From sequence record NC_041973.1: 64,000 nt of DNA. One strand, 5' to 3'. The notes beneath the pieces are model-generated. The model ran no database searches. It was not told the origin of the DNA and saw nothing but the letters and a program-made list of their open reading frames with translations. Positions 53,752 through 63,998 of the stretch are shown in pieces (position 1 is the stretch's first letter; each line of letters begins with the position of its first letter). Made by a program: the position numbers and the translations under genes.

Positions 53752-54479
53752 TGGTGGGCGGAGATCGTATTGGGTGTTACGTCCCCCTGGATGCTTTGTT
53801 GGATACCCGTATCGGGGTCATTGATCAAGTGGCCGGGGAAGTGGGACTGGGGTTGGTTGAGTCGTGGTACCATACTCGTACGGCTGATCGCTTTGACCGA
53901 AAGGGTACTGCGTTAACGCAGGCGGCATATCAGGCAGCCTGGGCCGCCCGCAGTGAAGAGACCTTAAAGCGTACACGCATGACCTTTGTGCCGATGTACC
54001 TGATGAACCTGATCAGTCGCTTTAACACCTCACACGGCATGCCGATCATGGCCGCAACCTACAACATCACGGTGAACACGTATCCGTATCGGTTATCCGA
54101 TGAGCGTAAAGAGCAGCTGCAAAAGATCATCGAAACGTACACGTCGGGCATTGCTGAAATCACCATTGATTACATCAGTCCAGCAGACCTGACTGTCGAG
54201 TACGTGAAGGCGAACTACTCCGTGTGCATCATGTATGAGTTTGATGAGTGGTTGATGTTGCATAAAGACGAGTTCAGCCAGACCCAGATGCCCGGGACCG
54301 TAATCCTGGCACCTAAGTTGTATCTGGCGGATGTGGGGGAAGATGTGATTAAGCGGGCAGAGCAGACCGATGGCTTTGCAGGCCTGAGCCTGGCACTCTG
54401 TGCATTGGTGACAGTGGTGTTCCTGGATGTAAGGTTGTTCTCTTATGTCACAGACACACCACCGAATCTGGATGAGTGA
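53751..54479 (+). CDS. Hypothetical protein
   Basis: GGGAGG RBS, TAATG overlap; PLDALLDTR N-terminal motif. Confidence 0.75.
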   Translation: MVGGDRIGCYVPLDALLDTRIGVIDQVAGEVGLGLVESWYHTRTADRFDRKGTALTQAAYQAAWAARSEETLKRTRMTFVPMYLMNLISRFNTSHGMPIMAATYNITVNTYPYRLSDERKEQLQKIIETYTSGIAEITIDYISPADLTVEYVKANYSVCIMYEFDEWLMLHKDEFSQTQMPGTVILAPKLYLADVGEDVIKRAEQTDGFAGLSLALCALVTVVFLDVRLFSYVTDTPPNLDE

Positions 54480-54938
54480 TTACTTCTTTTCGCCGCCTGG
54501 GTTCATGATATCATCGTACTCGATGTGTTCACTGCCTTGACGGGTCTCACCTGCTTTAAACTCCGGGACCGGTAACTGACTGGCATCCGGGGTTGGAGCA
54601 GGGACGGCGGCAATCGAGGTGTCTGCACCTTCACCACGCAGGGCAAAACCACCGGCAGCCAACACTTGCTTAACTGCACCGATGATAACAGCACCTTGCG
54701 CTTCGTCGTTCTCTTGGGCTTTCTGCTCAAGGTCAAGACGTTGACGGTTAATGATTGATTTGTCGATATCGCCCATCGCGGTCAAGGCGATCTTCAACAT
54801 CTTCGGGTCTTGTCGGGAGGCCTTGATGGGAGCACCGGACTCAGAGTCCTTCTCATCAAGGATATCTTCGACAATCCCTAACCGTCGCATTTGCATACGA
54901 CGCATCAAGGCCGCATCGTCTAATTCATAATCAGCCAT
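54480..54938 (-). CDS. Hypothetical protein
   Basis: GGAGG RBS before ATG 54938. Confidence 0.75.
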   Translation of the reverse strand: MADYELDDAALMRRMQMRRLGIVEDILDEKDSESGAPIKASRQDPKMLKIALTAMGDIDKSIINRQRLDLEQKAQENDEAQGAVIIGAVKQVLAAGGFALRGEGADTSIAAVPAPTPDASQLPVPEFKAGETRQGSEHIEYDDIMNPGGEKK

Positions 54939-54960
54939 GAGGCCTCCAGAATAATTCACA

Positions 54961-54978
54961 CCTACATTATCTAGGTGA
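54961..54978 (+). promoter_or_regulatory. Phage early promoter motif (variant)
   Basis: CCTACATTAT-ctag-GTGA. Confidence 0.7.
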
Positions 54979-55003
54979 TCGTAGTGTATTAAAAGGAATC
55001 GTT

Positions 55004-55534
55004 ATGCGCTTTTTTAAAAAGCTTGCACTCAAACGATGCATGGCGATGTTGCGTGATGCGAAGCACGATACCTTCACCGCGCAAGAAAGCATGAACGTTC
55101 TACATGTGCTTGATACCGTGATTTCCACGGACGGCATCATAAAATATTTCGATGTTCGGGTTTCGCTCTCCATATTGATGGAAACACAACTCCCCAATGC
55201 CATGGCGATGCTGGACTTGATCACCGAAATAAACAAACACATTCAAAAGGATTTGGATGCCACGTTACCGGATCACGGGACACTATTTGCTGAGTTTCGT
55301 GATCTGCGAGTCTTAAGCTTATATGACTGGTTATCTGATAGCGCGGGTCGAGTAGTAGATGCACCACACTTTTACCAACTGTTCATTGATCAGTTGAACC
55401 AATTAATTACCGTTATAGTGAACTGTGAAGACCAGGCAACCCAACAGTATTATCTGCGTAGATTGCAACCGCTCTACAACGAATTACTGGGAACAGTGTA
55501 TGCGGCGTTACACTGCGGAATGCTGAGTCTCTAA
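55004..55534 (+). CDS. Hypothetical protein
   Basis: AAGGA RBS after promoter. Confidence 0.75.
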   Translation: MRFFKKLALKRCMAMLRDAKHDTFTAQESMNVLHVLDTVISTDGIIKYFDVRVSLSILMETQLPNAMAMLDLITEINKHIQKDLDATLPDHGTLFAEFRDLRVLSLYDWLSDSAGRVVDAPHFYQLFIDQLNQLITVIVNCEDQATQQYYLRRLQPLYNELLGTVYAALHCGMLSL

Positions 55535-55545
55535 GGAGTTATCAG

Positions 55546-56010
55546 GTGTCTGACAAGAAAAAACCAAGGGATCAATTGACGGAGATGTTAACCGATCCGA
55601 CAAAGCGGTCACGGCAGACCGCGCATCCGTTGGTGAGGCTCTGGCGACAATTCATGGCACGGGAGCTCATCACTCCTTCCAAATGGGGTGCCTTGATTGC
55701 CGAGCACATCACTCGATTGCGACAATACAAAGAAATGGATGTCCAGGCTGTTGGTACCGAACGGGGTAATTTAAAGAAAGCGTTTATTGAAAAGAACACC
55801 ATGTCTTTTTCGGCGTTTCAACGTGGTTTACGTTTCCTGGGTTTTGCCAAGGTCACGATCATCGTCATTGCAGAACGACCTAATGGTGAGAAGGTTGAAG
55901 AGCGTGTCGAGATTGAATTAATTAAGCGTATGTTTACAGCAGGAACACCGCCAGCCACACCGCCGACAGAGAAAGATAAACCCGATTCTGATAAACCGCC
56001 TGAGAAGTAA
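55546..56010 (+). CDS. Hypothetical basic protein
   Basis: AAGGAG RBS, GTG start. Confidence 0.75.
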   Translation: MSDKKKPRDQLTEMLTDPTKRSRQTAHPLVRLWRQFMARELITPSKWGALIAEHITRLRQYKEMDVQAVGTERGNLKKAFIEKNTMSFSAFQRGLRFLGFAKVTIIVIAERPNGEKVEERVEIELIKRMFTAGTPPATPPTEKDKPDSDKPPEK

Positions 56011-56026
56011 AGACGATACTATAGAA

Positions 56027-56068
56027 GATGGGACTTCGGTCCCATCGCTATTCCCTTCTTTTTTTTTT
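56027..56068 (+). terminator. Intrinsic terminator
   Basis: GATGGGAC-TTCG-GTCCCATC then pyrimidine/T tract. Confidence 0.8.
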
Positions 56069-56082
56069 GTTGAGGTTTGATC

Positions 56083-57153
56083 ATGGCTGGAGTGGATATT
56101 GGGCAATCGATTCAAAACTCGATTAAGGCAGCAGGTTCAGTAACAACCAACGCCGTGAACAAAGTTCAATCAACTTTTGTCGGAGGCGTGAAAGAAGACC
56201 TGGCATTAATCGATGCCAAAGCGAAGTCAGCGGTACAAACCCTGAACTCGTTTAAAGATACCCAGATTGGTGCGATCGATGGCTTTATCAAGAAAGTCTC
56301 TGGGGGTGCGCTCAGCATCTCTGAACTCTCGAGCATCATCGACGTACGCAACGGGATCAGCATTGACTACCAGCGCCTCTATCGTCGACTAGGGGACGCG
56401 GCGGGTTTCCCGATGGATTCAATCATTGGGATGACAGCTGATCTTAAAATGGAAGTGGCGAATCTCCTTGATGCCTATTCCAGCAAGAACTACACCTACC
56501 TGCTTAATAAAGCCGGGGTGAAGATCGGGGTCAATGACTCGAGTTATCAAGCGGCACAGTTGATTGCTGGTGTGATCAGTAAGATGTCCAAGTCGGACTC
56601 TGACTTTAATACCATGGTGGATGAAGCAGCGCAACTGGCGCTGTTAAATGTCATGGTGCGTAATGCGGTGCAGGTCGGACTCTGGTCAGGGATTGATACC
56701 TTACTGGGTCAGTACACTGATAAAGCAGCTGGTATCACCAATCTGGCGACCTGTGCCCAGATCTCGATTCGGGGCGGGGATGTCTTTACCACCAAGTACA
56801 TCATTGACACCGTCGGGATTGCGCGGGTCACTGCACTGAACACGGATTTCCTGACCGACATGTTACGTTACTTTAAGTTCAAGAGTGATGTGACTGCGGA
56901 TCAGTACGCGAACTATCTGGCAACGTTGACTTACTGTTTACAGCAGGCCGAAGCCGATTGGGCGTATATGCAGTTCGGTACAGTGCGGGCATTACGGTTA
57001 AAGCCGTTCACCAATGCGTCAACGGATGCGATCACTCTGTTCCAGCATACTGACGAATACCGTCAGCACGTCATGATTGCCCGGACCTATCCACCTCGTG
57101 ATCTGATGGATTTACTGAAACAGAATTACCCGTACATGGCCGTCGTGCAATAA
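56083..57153 (+). CDS. Probable virion structural protein
   Basis: GAGGT RBS before ATG 56083; converges on tail module. Confidence 0.65.
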   Translation: MAGVDIGQSIQNSIKAAGSVTTNAVNKVQSTFVGGVKEDLALIDAKAKSAVQTLNSFKDTQIGAIDGFIKKVSGGALSISELSSIIDVRNGISIDYQRLYRRLGDAAGFPMDSIIGMTADLKMEVANLLDAYSSKNYTYLLNKAGVKIGVNDSSYQAAQLIAGVISKMSKSDSDFNTMVDEAAQLALLNVMVRNAVQVGLWSGIDTLLGQYTDKAAGITNLATCAQISIRGGDVFTTKYIIDTVGIARVTALNTDFLTDMLRYFKFKSDVTADQYANYLATLTYCLQQAEADWAYMQFGTVRALRLKPFTNASTDAITLFQHTDEYRQHVMIARTYPPRDLMDLLKQNYPYMAVVQ

Positions 57154-57156
57154 CCA

Positions 57157-57205
57157 ACATAAGGAGAGGGCAAACGCCCTCTCCTCTATGTCGTCTTTTT
57201 TTTTG
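57157..57205. terminator. Bidirectional terminator
   Basis: ACATAA-GGAGAGGGC-AAAC-GCCCTCTCC-TCTATGTCGTC-T-run. Confidence 0.85.
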
Positions 57206-57234
57206 GTTCTAAATTAACTTAAGTGTTACCTTCT

Positions 57235-59223
57235 TCAATTTCTGTAGGTGCCCTCGACAAATGCGCTGATTGCCTGCCCGACCAGCGAGGACGAGAAGGT
57301 TGCAGCCATTTGGGTTGGAGACACCCACTGTTTCACATCGAGCTGGGTCTTGGCTAACACGCGTGCCAGTTTGTCTGAACGGTAGATCTGTTCATTCAAC
57401 CCCATGCCAGACAGCACTGCCAGATAGTCGGAGTAGTTGTTGTCATCGGTCATGAGCTTAGCTGCCGCACGTGCCGGGTTGGTTAAATCACCCGGGTTCA
57501 GTGCAGGGTCGATCGGTGCATGCAACATTGGCGACATATCGGCCACCGAGAACGTCACGTCAATTCCCAGAGGATGTTTGTCTTTGTTCCAGCCCACGTT
57601 ACCCACACCACGTTGAATACTCATTGAGTCGATCATCCCTAAACGGGTTTGTGAGCGACCTTTTGAATACGCTTCGACTAAGAACGGTGAGGTATAGGCC
57701 TGAGCGCCCACAGAACGCGGTAGGACCATGTTTAACAAACAAACCAAGGGAATGATCAGGTTCTGGATGCGTGCCACTGGGTGGCCGTACGGAGAGCGTA
57801 GATTGATGGTGTACGTTTCCCGGGGTAGTGACGCAGTCGAGCCTGTCCAGTGTTGTGGGATCTCAATGTACCCTTGACCCAACATTAGGTTAACAATCCC
57901 ACCAAGACTGGTGCCCGATGCATAACCTTGGACTACCTGCATACTGGAGTCAATCAAGGCATCGATCGGTGCAAAGCCAGTCTTGCCACCGCCAGCCATG
58001 AAGCGAGCATCCTGTGCTGCAGTAGACGCGCCGTTCAGTATCCCGGTTAACTGGTTCTCACCAAACGAACTCTGGAAGGATTCTCCGATCGCGCCGTTAT
58101 GGTTGACCTTGAAACCAATAAAGGAGCCGCCATCACGCAACTCCGATTCCATGTGGTCAAGCACACTGTTAAAGAACCCGGTGGATTTCTCCACATCAGT
58201 GACCGACGCAGCATCACCTGTGGCAGTTGGTGCAGTTACTCCGGTATCACCATCAGCATCCGTGGTGTAGTTCCCCGCCCCTTCCATCCCGGTACCAGAC
58301 GGATCTTTTACCTGACCCAATCCCGAATTGAAGTAGGACTGCAGATACGTGGTCAGATTAGACTCTGGGCTGTCGCCAGCCGGATCGGTCCATTCGTTAC
58401 CGTGTTTGTTAATCGCCCGGATCGCACTGTTACGTTCAGTTACCGAAGAGGACTCGATACGCTGGGCCAATGCTTTCTGCCAACGAATGTGTTTACGGTT
58501 TGCACGGTTAGCAAGATAGAAAAGGTCAACAGAACCATCAGCACGCCACAAACCAGGCAACATGTTCGCAAGCAGTTTACGCTCGTTCGGTGTGTAAGCA
58601 GAGAAGTCAAACGTTTGTTCCTTAGCCTGAGCATGGCGCGTACGGAATGCCGGTGGGATAATCCCCATGTTGATCATGATGGCGTTCAACATATTGGTAC
58701 AGGATTTCCAATAGAGCGGCATTGCGTTCTTGGAGTAATAGAACTTGGATTTCGGAATCCCCATCAACCAGGTAACCGTGGTATAGGTGACCGAGATGGC
58801 CTGCAGTGGCCAGTGCACAATCGCTGACGCCGCTTCGGCAAAGTGGAACAGCCAACCCGGAGCACGTCCGGTACGCGCCAGGTAGGCGGCATTGGCATCA
58901 AACATGTTGGCCAGGAAACTGAAGATCCCGTTGAACTCCGGCACCCCCATACGGAAATAGACCACATCGGCATTGTCATCAATGTTAGCACTATAGTCCG
59001 ACCCCATTCCACCAAACTGATCATTCCACCAACGACTGGCACGAATGTCACAGCTCGGTGACCACTGAGGCGGTGGGTTAATCCAGAAGTTACCACCCGG
59101 GGTTGTGTCTGTGAATTTGTTTCGGGCCTTCTGATATTGCCTACGGTCTTTTAACCCGTCATCAATATTTACACCAGAAAGCATAAATGCCTGTTGTAAA
59201 TAATCATGGTCTTTAATGTTCAT
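57235..59223 (-). CDS. Tail/baseplate structural protein (phiKZ gp182-like)
   Basis: KFTDTTPGGNFWINPPPQW..DIR, FRMGVPEFN and RG.GNVGW motifs by recall; directly downstream of gp181-like gene. Confidence 0.7.
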   Translation of the reverse strand: MNIKDHDYLQQAFMLSGVNIDDGLKDRRQYQKARNKFTDTTPGGNFWINPPPQWSPSCDIRASRWWNDQFGGMGSDYSANIDDNADVVYFRMGVPEFNGIFSFLANMFDANAAYLARTGRAPGWLFHFAEAASAIVHWPLQAISVTYTTVTWLMGIPKSKFYYSKNAMPLYWKSCTNMLNAIMINMGIIPPAFRTRHAQAKEQTFDFSAYTPNERKLLANMLPGLWRADGSVDLFYLANRANRKHIRWQKALAQRIESSSVTERNSAIRAINKHGNEWTDPAGDSPESNLTTYLQSYFNSGLGQVKDPSGTGMEGAGNYTTDADGDTGVTAPTATGDAASVTDVEKSTGFFNSVLDHMESELRDGGSFIGFKVNHNGAIGESFQSSFGENQLTGILNGASTAAQDARFMAGGGKTGFAPIDALIDSSMQVVQGYASGTSLGGIVNLMLGQGYIEIPQHWTGSTASLPRETYTINLRSPYGHPVARIQNLIIPLVCLLNMVLPRSVGAQAYTSPFLVEAYSKGRSQTRLGMIDSMSIQRGVGNVGWNKDKHPLGIDVTFSVADMSPMLHAPIDPALNPGDLTNPARAAAKLMTDDNNYSDYLAVLSGMGLNEQIYRSDKLARVLAKTQLDVKQWVSPTQMAATFSSSLVGQAISAFVEGTYRN

Positions 59224-59252
59224 TCACCAACTCCGAATGATTAAGAATAAGA

Positions 59253-59274
59253 AGGCGGGGCATGACCCCCGCCT
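59253..59274 (-). terminator. Probable terminator hairpin
   Basis: AGGCGGGG/CCCCGCCT followed on minus strand by TCTTATTCTT. Confidence 0.6.
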
Positions 59275-59285
59275 GATGTTACTGA

Positions 59286-62200
59286 TTAGCCATTACCGTA
59301 CTTGCGAGCAAAGCTCACCGGTGGTGTACCGGCACCACTGGCAGGTGCTTGCGGTGCCGCCGGTGCAGGTTTGTTCAACATCTGGGTTTGCACCGCAATG
59401 AACTGCTTCATGATCTCAACCAACGAGTTCATGTTATTGTCGATGTTCGCCAGGTGGTCTTTACTGCCAGAGATCGCCGCAGCAGACTCTTTCGGTAAGA
59501 CCGGTACGGGTGCCGGTGCAGGGGTAACTGTCGTGACCTGCGGGGCATTAGGAACCTGCCCTTGGGTCGGTTGCATGCGAGGAGGTGTGTTAAGGGTTGG
59601 GGTGGTTGGTGTTGGCGTAGACGCATCAGCGGCTGCTTGCTTATCGATAGCCGATGCCGTGGAGTCTTTGGCATTCGGTGTCGATGAACCTGCAGAAACG
59701 GCTGCGGCTACACTTGGTCCACTTGTTGACTTCAATGCTGGCGCATCACCCTGGCCCGGAGGTGGTGCTACGGCATTAGCCGCAGATGCACCCGGTGCAG
59801 TCAGCTCAGCTGCCGTCTTCGCGCCCGACAATGCCGGAGTAGAAGGCCCGCTCTGTGCTTGACCGGATGCCAAGGTTTGTGCCTGGTTATCCTCAGCTGC
59901 ATCACCTTGTGGGCCAGCAGACTGATCTTTACCCGAGAGAATGTCATCAAACTTCCCAGTCCCCATTAGATCCGTATACTGTTTGAACAACTGACCACGT
60001 TCAGCTAAACCGTGTGTCCCGCCGTTAACCAATTTGGTAACAGTATTCAGATCCCCTTTCTTCGCAGCTTCCTCAATCCCATTACGCGACTTCCAATACC
60101 ACAGTGCTGACTTCGCAGCCATGGTTGGGTCAGTCGAGAGTTTATCGGGATCGGACACCAGGTCAACGCCAAGGCCTTTACTGGCGGCTGCGTAGTTGGC
60201 TTTACCGGTCAGCTGCATGAAGCCACGTCCACGGTACTTCCAACCATCTCCCGGTTTGTCGTTCCCCATACGACCGCCATAGATCGAGTTGGCAATCGCC
60301 ACTGGACCCGCTGTCGCTAACTGCTGCGCAGCTGCCAGGGTGGGGAAGCGGTTAGGCCAGAGCCTCATCAGAGTCTCTGCTTTATAACGCAGGTTCTCTT
60401 CGAGTTTGCTAAAGCCTCCGGACTCCAGGTGAGTCTGGGCCAAGAGCATGGCGAGTTCTTGTTTATCCGTAATGCCGGACTTCATGGCTTCACGAATCAA
60501 GATACGCGCACCCTCTTCAGCACCTGGACCTAACTTAATCGGCCCAACCTTCCCGGTGTTGTCAATCCCCCCGCCTGCACCTGCCGCACCACCTGCCGCA
60601 CCGCCACCATAGGCTGTCTCGATACGTCCCGTTTCCGGGTTGTATGTTGTTACCTGACGCTGAGAGGTATAGACTTGACCGGTACTCGTCTTCACCTGGT
60701 TGTTCACCATGTTACCGGACGAGTCCTTACGCCAATCTTTCTCAGTAGTGCCATCGGCCCGTTGTTGCACACCGCCTTTTACCGCTTCAGCAGAATACTG
60801 CGCTTGTTTGACTTGTGCCTTCAGGTTATTCAGGTGGTTTTGAACAACAGAGGCATCATCATTAAGTTCACCGGTTGACCACGGCGAGGTCTTAATGGTC
60901 CAAACAGAGATCGCATTCACGCCATCGCTGTATTTGGCATTGGTTATCGCTGTCGCTGCAGCGAACTTCAACTCAGGTGGCATCTTCGGTACAGCAAGCG
61001 TCGGTCGACTGTCTCCGGTCTGGGTATATACCGTGCTGGCAAACGCTAAGTACGCTGGTAAGAAGCGACGAGTAAACCACGGCTCCCATGATTTGTAAGA
61101 CCACTGGTTGGATGGACTCAAACCAAAGCTTGCAGCAACAACCCGGTAGATGTCTGAGGCTTTACCGTCAAACGTCGCACCGTTATCGGCAAACTTGATC
61201 TTGTTCGCCATCACCAGTTCCAACTGCAGGAGTGTCGATACACGATCAACATCCAACGTTGGCAGGCCGTACACTTTCATACGCAGCGCAGTGAGGTCAT
61301 CCATCGCCTGACCGGCTTTAGGCAGCAAACCACCTAAGAGATCCCCGGCACTGACCACAGTACGATCACCGGTAAACCACGACGACTCTTTATGCCCAAC
61401 CGTTTTCAGCTCAGGGATATCGCCATTTGGGTTAATGGCTTTGACCATGTCACTGCTGAGTTCACGACTGGAGGCAACCTTATCCATCCCGGTTGCAAAG
61501 ACCGACGCTGATTTCCCCGTGGTCATCTTCTGAGCTTTGTTGCGCAGACGATCCAGCACATCTTTTACCAGCGCTTCGGTCTGTTTGCGATCGGTTGCAT
61601 TCAGATCCGGGAAGATACGACCAGTAAACATGTACGGGTGATCAGATGACTCATCGAACTGTTGTGCGCGTTTGGCGATCTCGTACTTTGCCGCTTCATC
61701 CGTCGACTTATCCAGATCCATGAAGGCCTGGCTTGGGAGGACTTGTTTCGCCACGGCTTTGTGGGTCAGGTAAACCGGTTTGAAGCGATGCAGGAACCAA
61801 CCCGCGAATTGCTCCACTTGCTCACGGTCATTCGGGTCATCAACAAACAATGAACCGAGTTGGGCGATTGGGGCTTTCGGGTCGAGTGAGGCATAGCCAT
61901 CATCGGTGGTTTTGACATACGGCTCTAACGCGGCTTCCAACTTCAGGATGGCCGAGACATGACTGGAGTCATTATCCGGAACACCATACTGACGTAGACG
62001 CATCTGCTGCAGTAAGCCCGGGTCATTAAACCAGGTGTATAAAGAACGACCGATAGCGCCGCCCCCTAATGCACCAATGGCCCCGCCAGCAATAGCACCG
62101 ATGGCTGTACCAACAACCGGCACAACTGAACCGATAGCGGCACCCATCGCCGCACCACCCAGAATACCACCAACACCGGAGCCAGCTGCTTCTGCCACAC

Positions 62201-63998
62201 CTGCGTTATCACCTGCCTTGTACGAATCCCACGCTTCCAGTGCTGAGACCCCGGCTGTGACAATCCCGCCACCTTTGACCAGTAGCTTCAGGTTACCGGC
62301 AACACCACGACCCAACATACCGCCTGTACGACCAACAATACCTCGGCCGAGACCACGGACACCACGGGCAGCTTTGCCGGCTAAACGACGGATCAATCCA
62401 CCACGTGGACGAGGGCCGCCACCACCGCCACCACCACCGCGGTTACGACGACCACCCCGACGCCTGCGACGCCTGCGACCGCCTTCCTCTTCACCACCCT
62501 CATCATCATCACCGAGCGCATCGCTGAGTTCATCCATGACACCTTTGCCGCCGGAGATAACACTACCGATCCCTTTGACAATATCACCGATCCAACCCAG
62601 CCCTAAGAACTTGGCCAGCCCACCGAGGATACCGAACTCCTTGATACCGGAGACCAGACCAGTAACGGAGGAGAACAACCCTGCCACCAATCCAAACAGT
62701 GTGGTGGGTTTCTCCTTGTCTTTGGCATGGTCATCAGAGTCATGTGCGTGTTGGGCTTCTTCACGTTCTTTCTTCTGTTGAGCACGACGACGAATCAGAT
62801 CAGCAACCGAGTTATTGCGCACCCCATCGTGATCCGGGTCACTGGCGTCTTCCCGTTTCTTATCACGCAACATCCGCCATAAGCCACGAGTCGCTTTGAA
62901 GCCTAATACTGCCGGCATGACAGTAGTCCACTTCGCAACGGTCAAGACGGGACTGTTGATGTTCGGTAAGCTTTTGAAGACTTTACGAATCAACCCAGAT
63001 GACTTGCCTTGGTTACTCATCCGACCCGACAGTTTACGCAACCACCCCTGACGCTCATTCACCGAATCCTTCATAATGTCAGGATCACCGGTCACTTGCG
63101 CAATGGTGGCATCTTTGGTCGCTGTTACGCTATCACGCACAGAGGCCAGGACACCGATGGTTTCACGCAGCAAGGCATTGTTATCAAGCTGGGCCTGTAC
63201 AATCGCTGCCGTCTCTGAGGCACTGCCCGCATCCGGTGCAGTAATCCCTTCAGAAGGTAAGCGAGTGCGTGAAGCCCGATCCGCCGTACCGTCATTGAAC
63301 ACCCCAGAGGAGCGTACGACTTCTGCTTCCTGAGCAATCTCTGAAGCCGCCTCTTCTACAGCCTGACGACCAAAGCGACGTTGCAGTTCGGTGGTGGCAT
63401 TACGCAACGCTTCCTTACCACTGGATGCGGCATTCAACAGCGCTTGTTTCACCGCACTGGTGTCCGGACGAACTGAGTTGATCTTGCCAAACAAGTTACT
63501 GGCACTTTCACCCATGTTACGCAATGAATCACCCAGACCACCACTACCGCCTGCAGCGCCTACCGCACCCGCCCCACCAAAGCCGTTTACTCGATCGCGC
63601 AGACTTTGGCCAAGGCTATTATCCAAACGACGAGCAATACGATTAACAGCAGCCTCCCCATATCGCGCACGAAGCTGCTGAAGCACCACTTGATAATATT
63701 CCGGACTGTTAGCTCGGGCTTGGGAAAGTTGTGCACGGATCTCCTCCTCTTGTTCACGGGTGAGTCGACCCCGCAGGTTGCCCAGACTGTCTGTTACGCC
63801 ACGACGCAGGTTATCCAGCGTCTCACGCCCCATCTCACCGAGTTCTGCTCCAGGGTTAACATTACTGCCCCGTTCATTGGAATCTTCCCCTTCACGATCA
63901 GGACGATAGTTCGGGTTAGCAATGAACTTCTGCATCATCTCCCAGTACATCTCGTGGTTAAAGACATCCTGGCCATTAACCCGTTTGATGACGCCCAT
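59286..63998 (-). CDS. Large tail protein (gp181/tape-measure-like) with GH19 lysozyme domain; may extend past window end
   Basis: AMLLAQTHLESGGF..LEENLRY, GDGWKYRGRGFMQLTGKANY (GH19); Gly-zipper TM region; Met at window edge may be internal. Confidence 0.85.
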   Translation of the reverse strand: MGVIKRVNGQDVFNHEMYWEMMQKFIANPNYRPDREGEDSNERGSNVNPGAELGEMGRETLDNLRRGVTDSLGNLRGRLTREQEEEIRAQLSQARANSPEYYQVVLQQLRARYGEAAVNRIARRLDNSLGQSLRDRVNGFGGAGAVGAAGGSGGLGDSLRNMGESASNLFGKINSVRPDTSAVKQALLNAASSGKEALRNATTELQRRFGRQAVEEAASEIAQEAEVVRSSGVFNDGTADRASRTRLPSEGITAPDAGSASETAAIVQAQLDNNALLRETIGVLASVRDSVTATKDATIAQVTGDPDIMKDSVNERQGWLRKLSGRMSNQGKSSGLIRKVFKSLPNINSPVLTVAKWTTVMPAVLGFKATRGLWRMLRDKKREDASDPDHDGVRNNSVADLIRRRAQQKKEREEAQHAHDSDDHAKDKEKPTTLFGLVAGLFSSVTGLVSGIKEFGILGGLAKFLGLGWIGDIVKGIGSVISGGKGVMDELSDALGDDDEGGEEEGGRRRRRRRGGRRNRGGGGGGGGPRPRGGLIRRLAGKAARGVRGLGRGIVGRTGGMLGRGVAGNLKLLVKGGGIVTAGVSALEAWDSYKAGDNAGVAEAAGSGVGGILGGAAMGAAIGSVVPVVGTAIGAIAGGAIGALGGGAIGRSLYTWFNDPGLLQQMRLRQYGVPDNDSSHVSAILKLEAALEPYVKTTDDGYASLDPKAPIAQLGSLFVDDPNDREQVEQFAGWFLHRFKPVYLTHKAVAKQVLPSQAFMDLDKSTDEAAKYEIAKRAQQFDESSDHPYMFTGRIFPDLNATDRKQTEALVKDVLDRLRNKAQKMTTGKSASVFATGMDKVASSRELSSDMVKAINPNGDIPELKTVGHKESSWFTGDRTVVSAGDLLGGLLPKAGQAMDDLTALRMKVYGLPTLDVDRVSTLLQLELVMANKIKFADNGATFDGKASDIYRVVAASFGLSPSNQWSYKSWEPWFTRRFLPAYLAFASTVYTQTGDSRPTLAVPKMPPELKFAAATAITNAKYSDGVNAISVWTIKTSPWSTGELNDDASVVQNHLNNLKAQVKQAQYSAEAVKGGVQQRADGTTEKDWRKDSSGNMVNNQVKTSTGQVYTSQRQVTTYNPETGRIETAYGGGAAGGAAGAGGGIDNTGKVGPIKLGPGAEEGARILIREAMKSGITDKQELAMLLAQTHLESGGFSKLEENLRYKAETLMRLWPNRFPTLAAAQQLATAGPVAIANSIYGGRMGNDKPGDGWKYRGRGFMQLTGKANYAAASKGLGVDLVSDPDKLSTDPTMAAKSALWYWKSRNGIEEAAKKGDLNTVTKLVNGGTHGLAERGQLFKQYTDLMGTGKFDDILSGKDQSAGPQGDAAEDNQAQTLASGQAQSGPSTPALSGAKTAAELTAPGASAANAVAPPPGQGDAPALKSTSGPSVAAAVSAGSSTPNAKDSTASAIDKQAAADASTPTPTTPTLNTPPRMQPTQGQVPNAPQVTTVTPAPAPVPVLPKESAAAISGSKDHLANIDNNMNSLVEIMKQFIAVQTQMLNKPAPAAPQAPASGAGTPPVSFARKYGNG

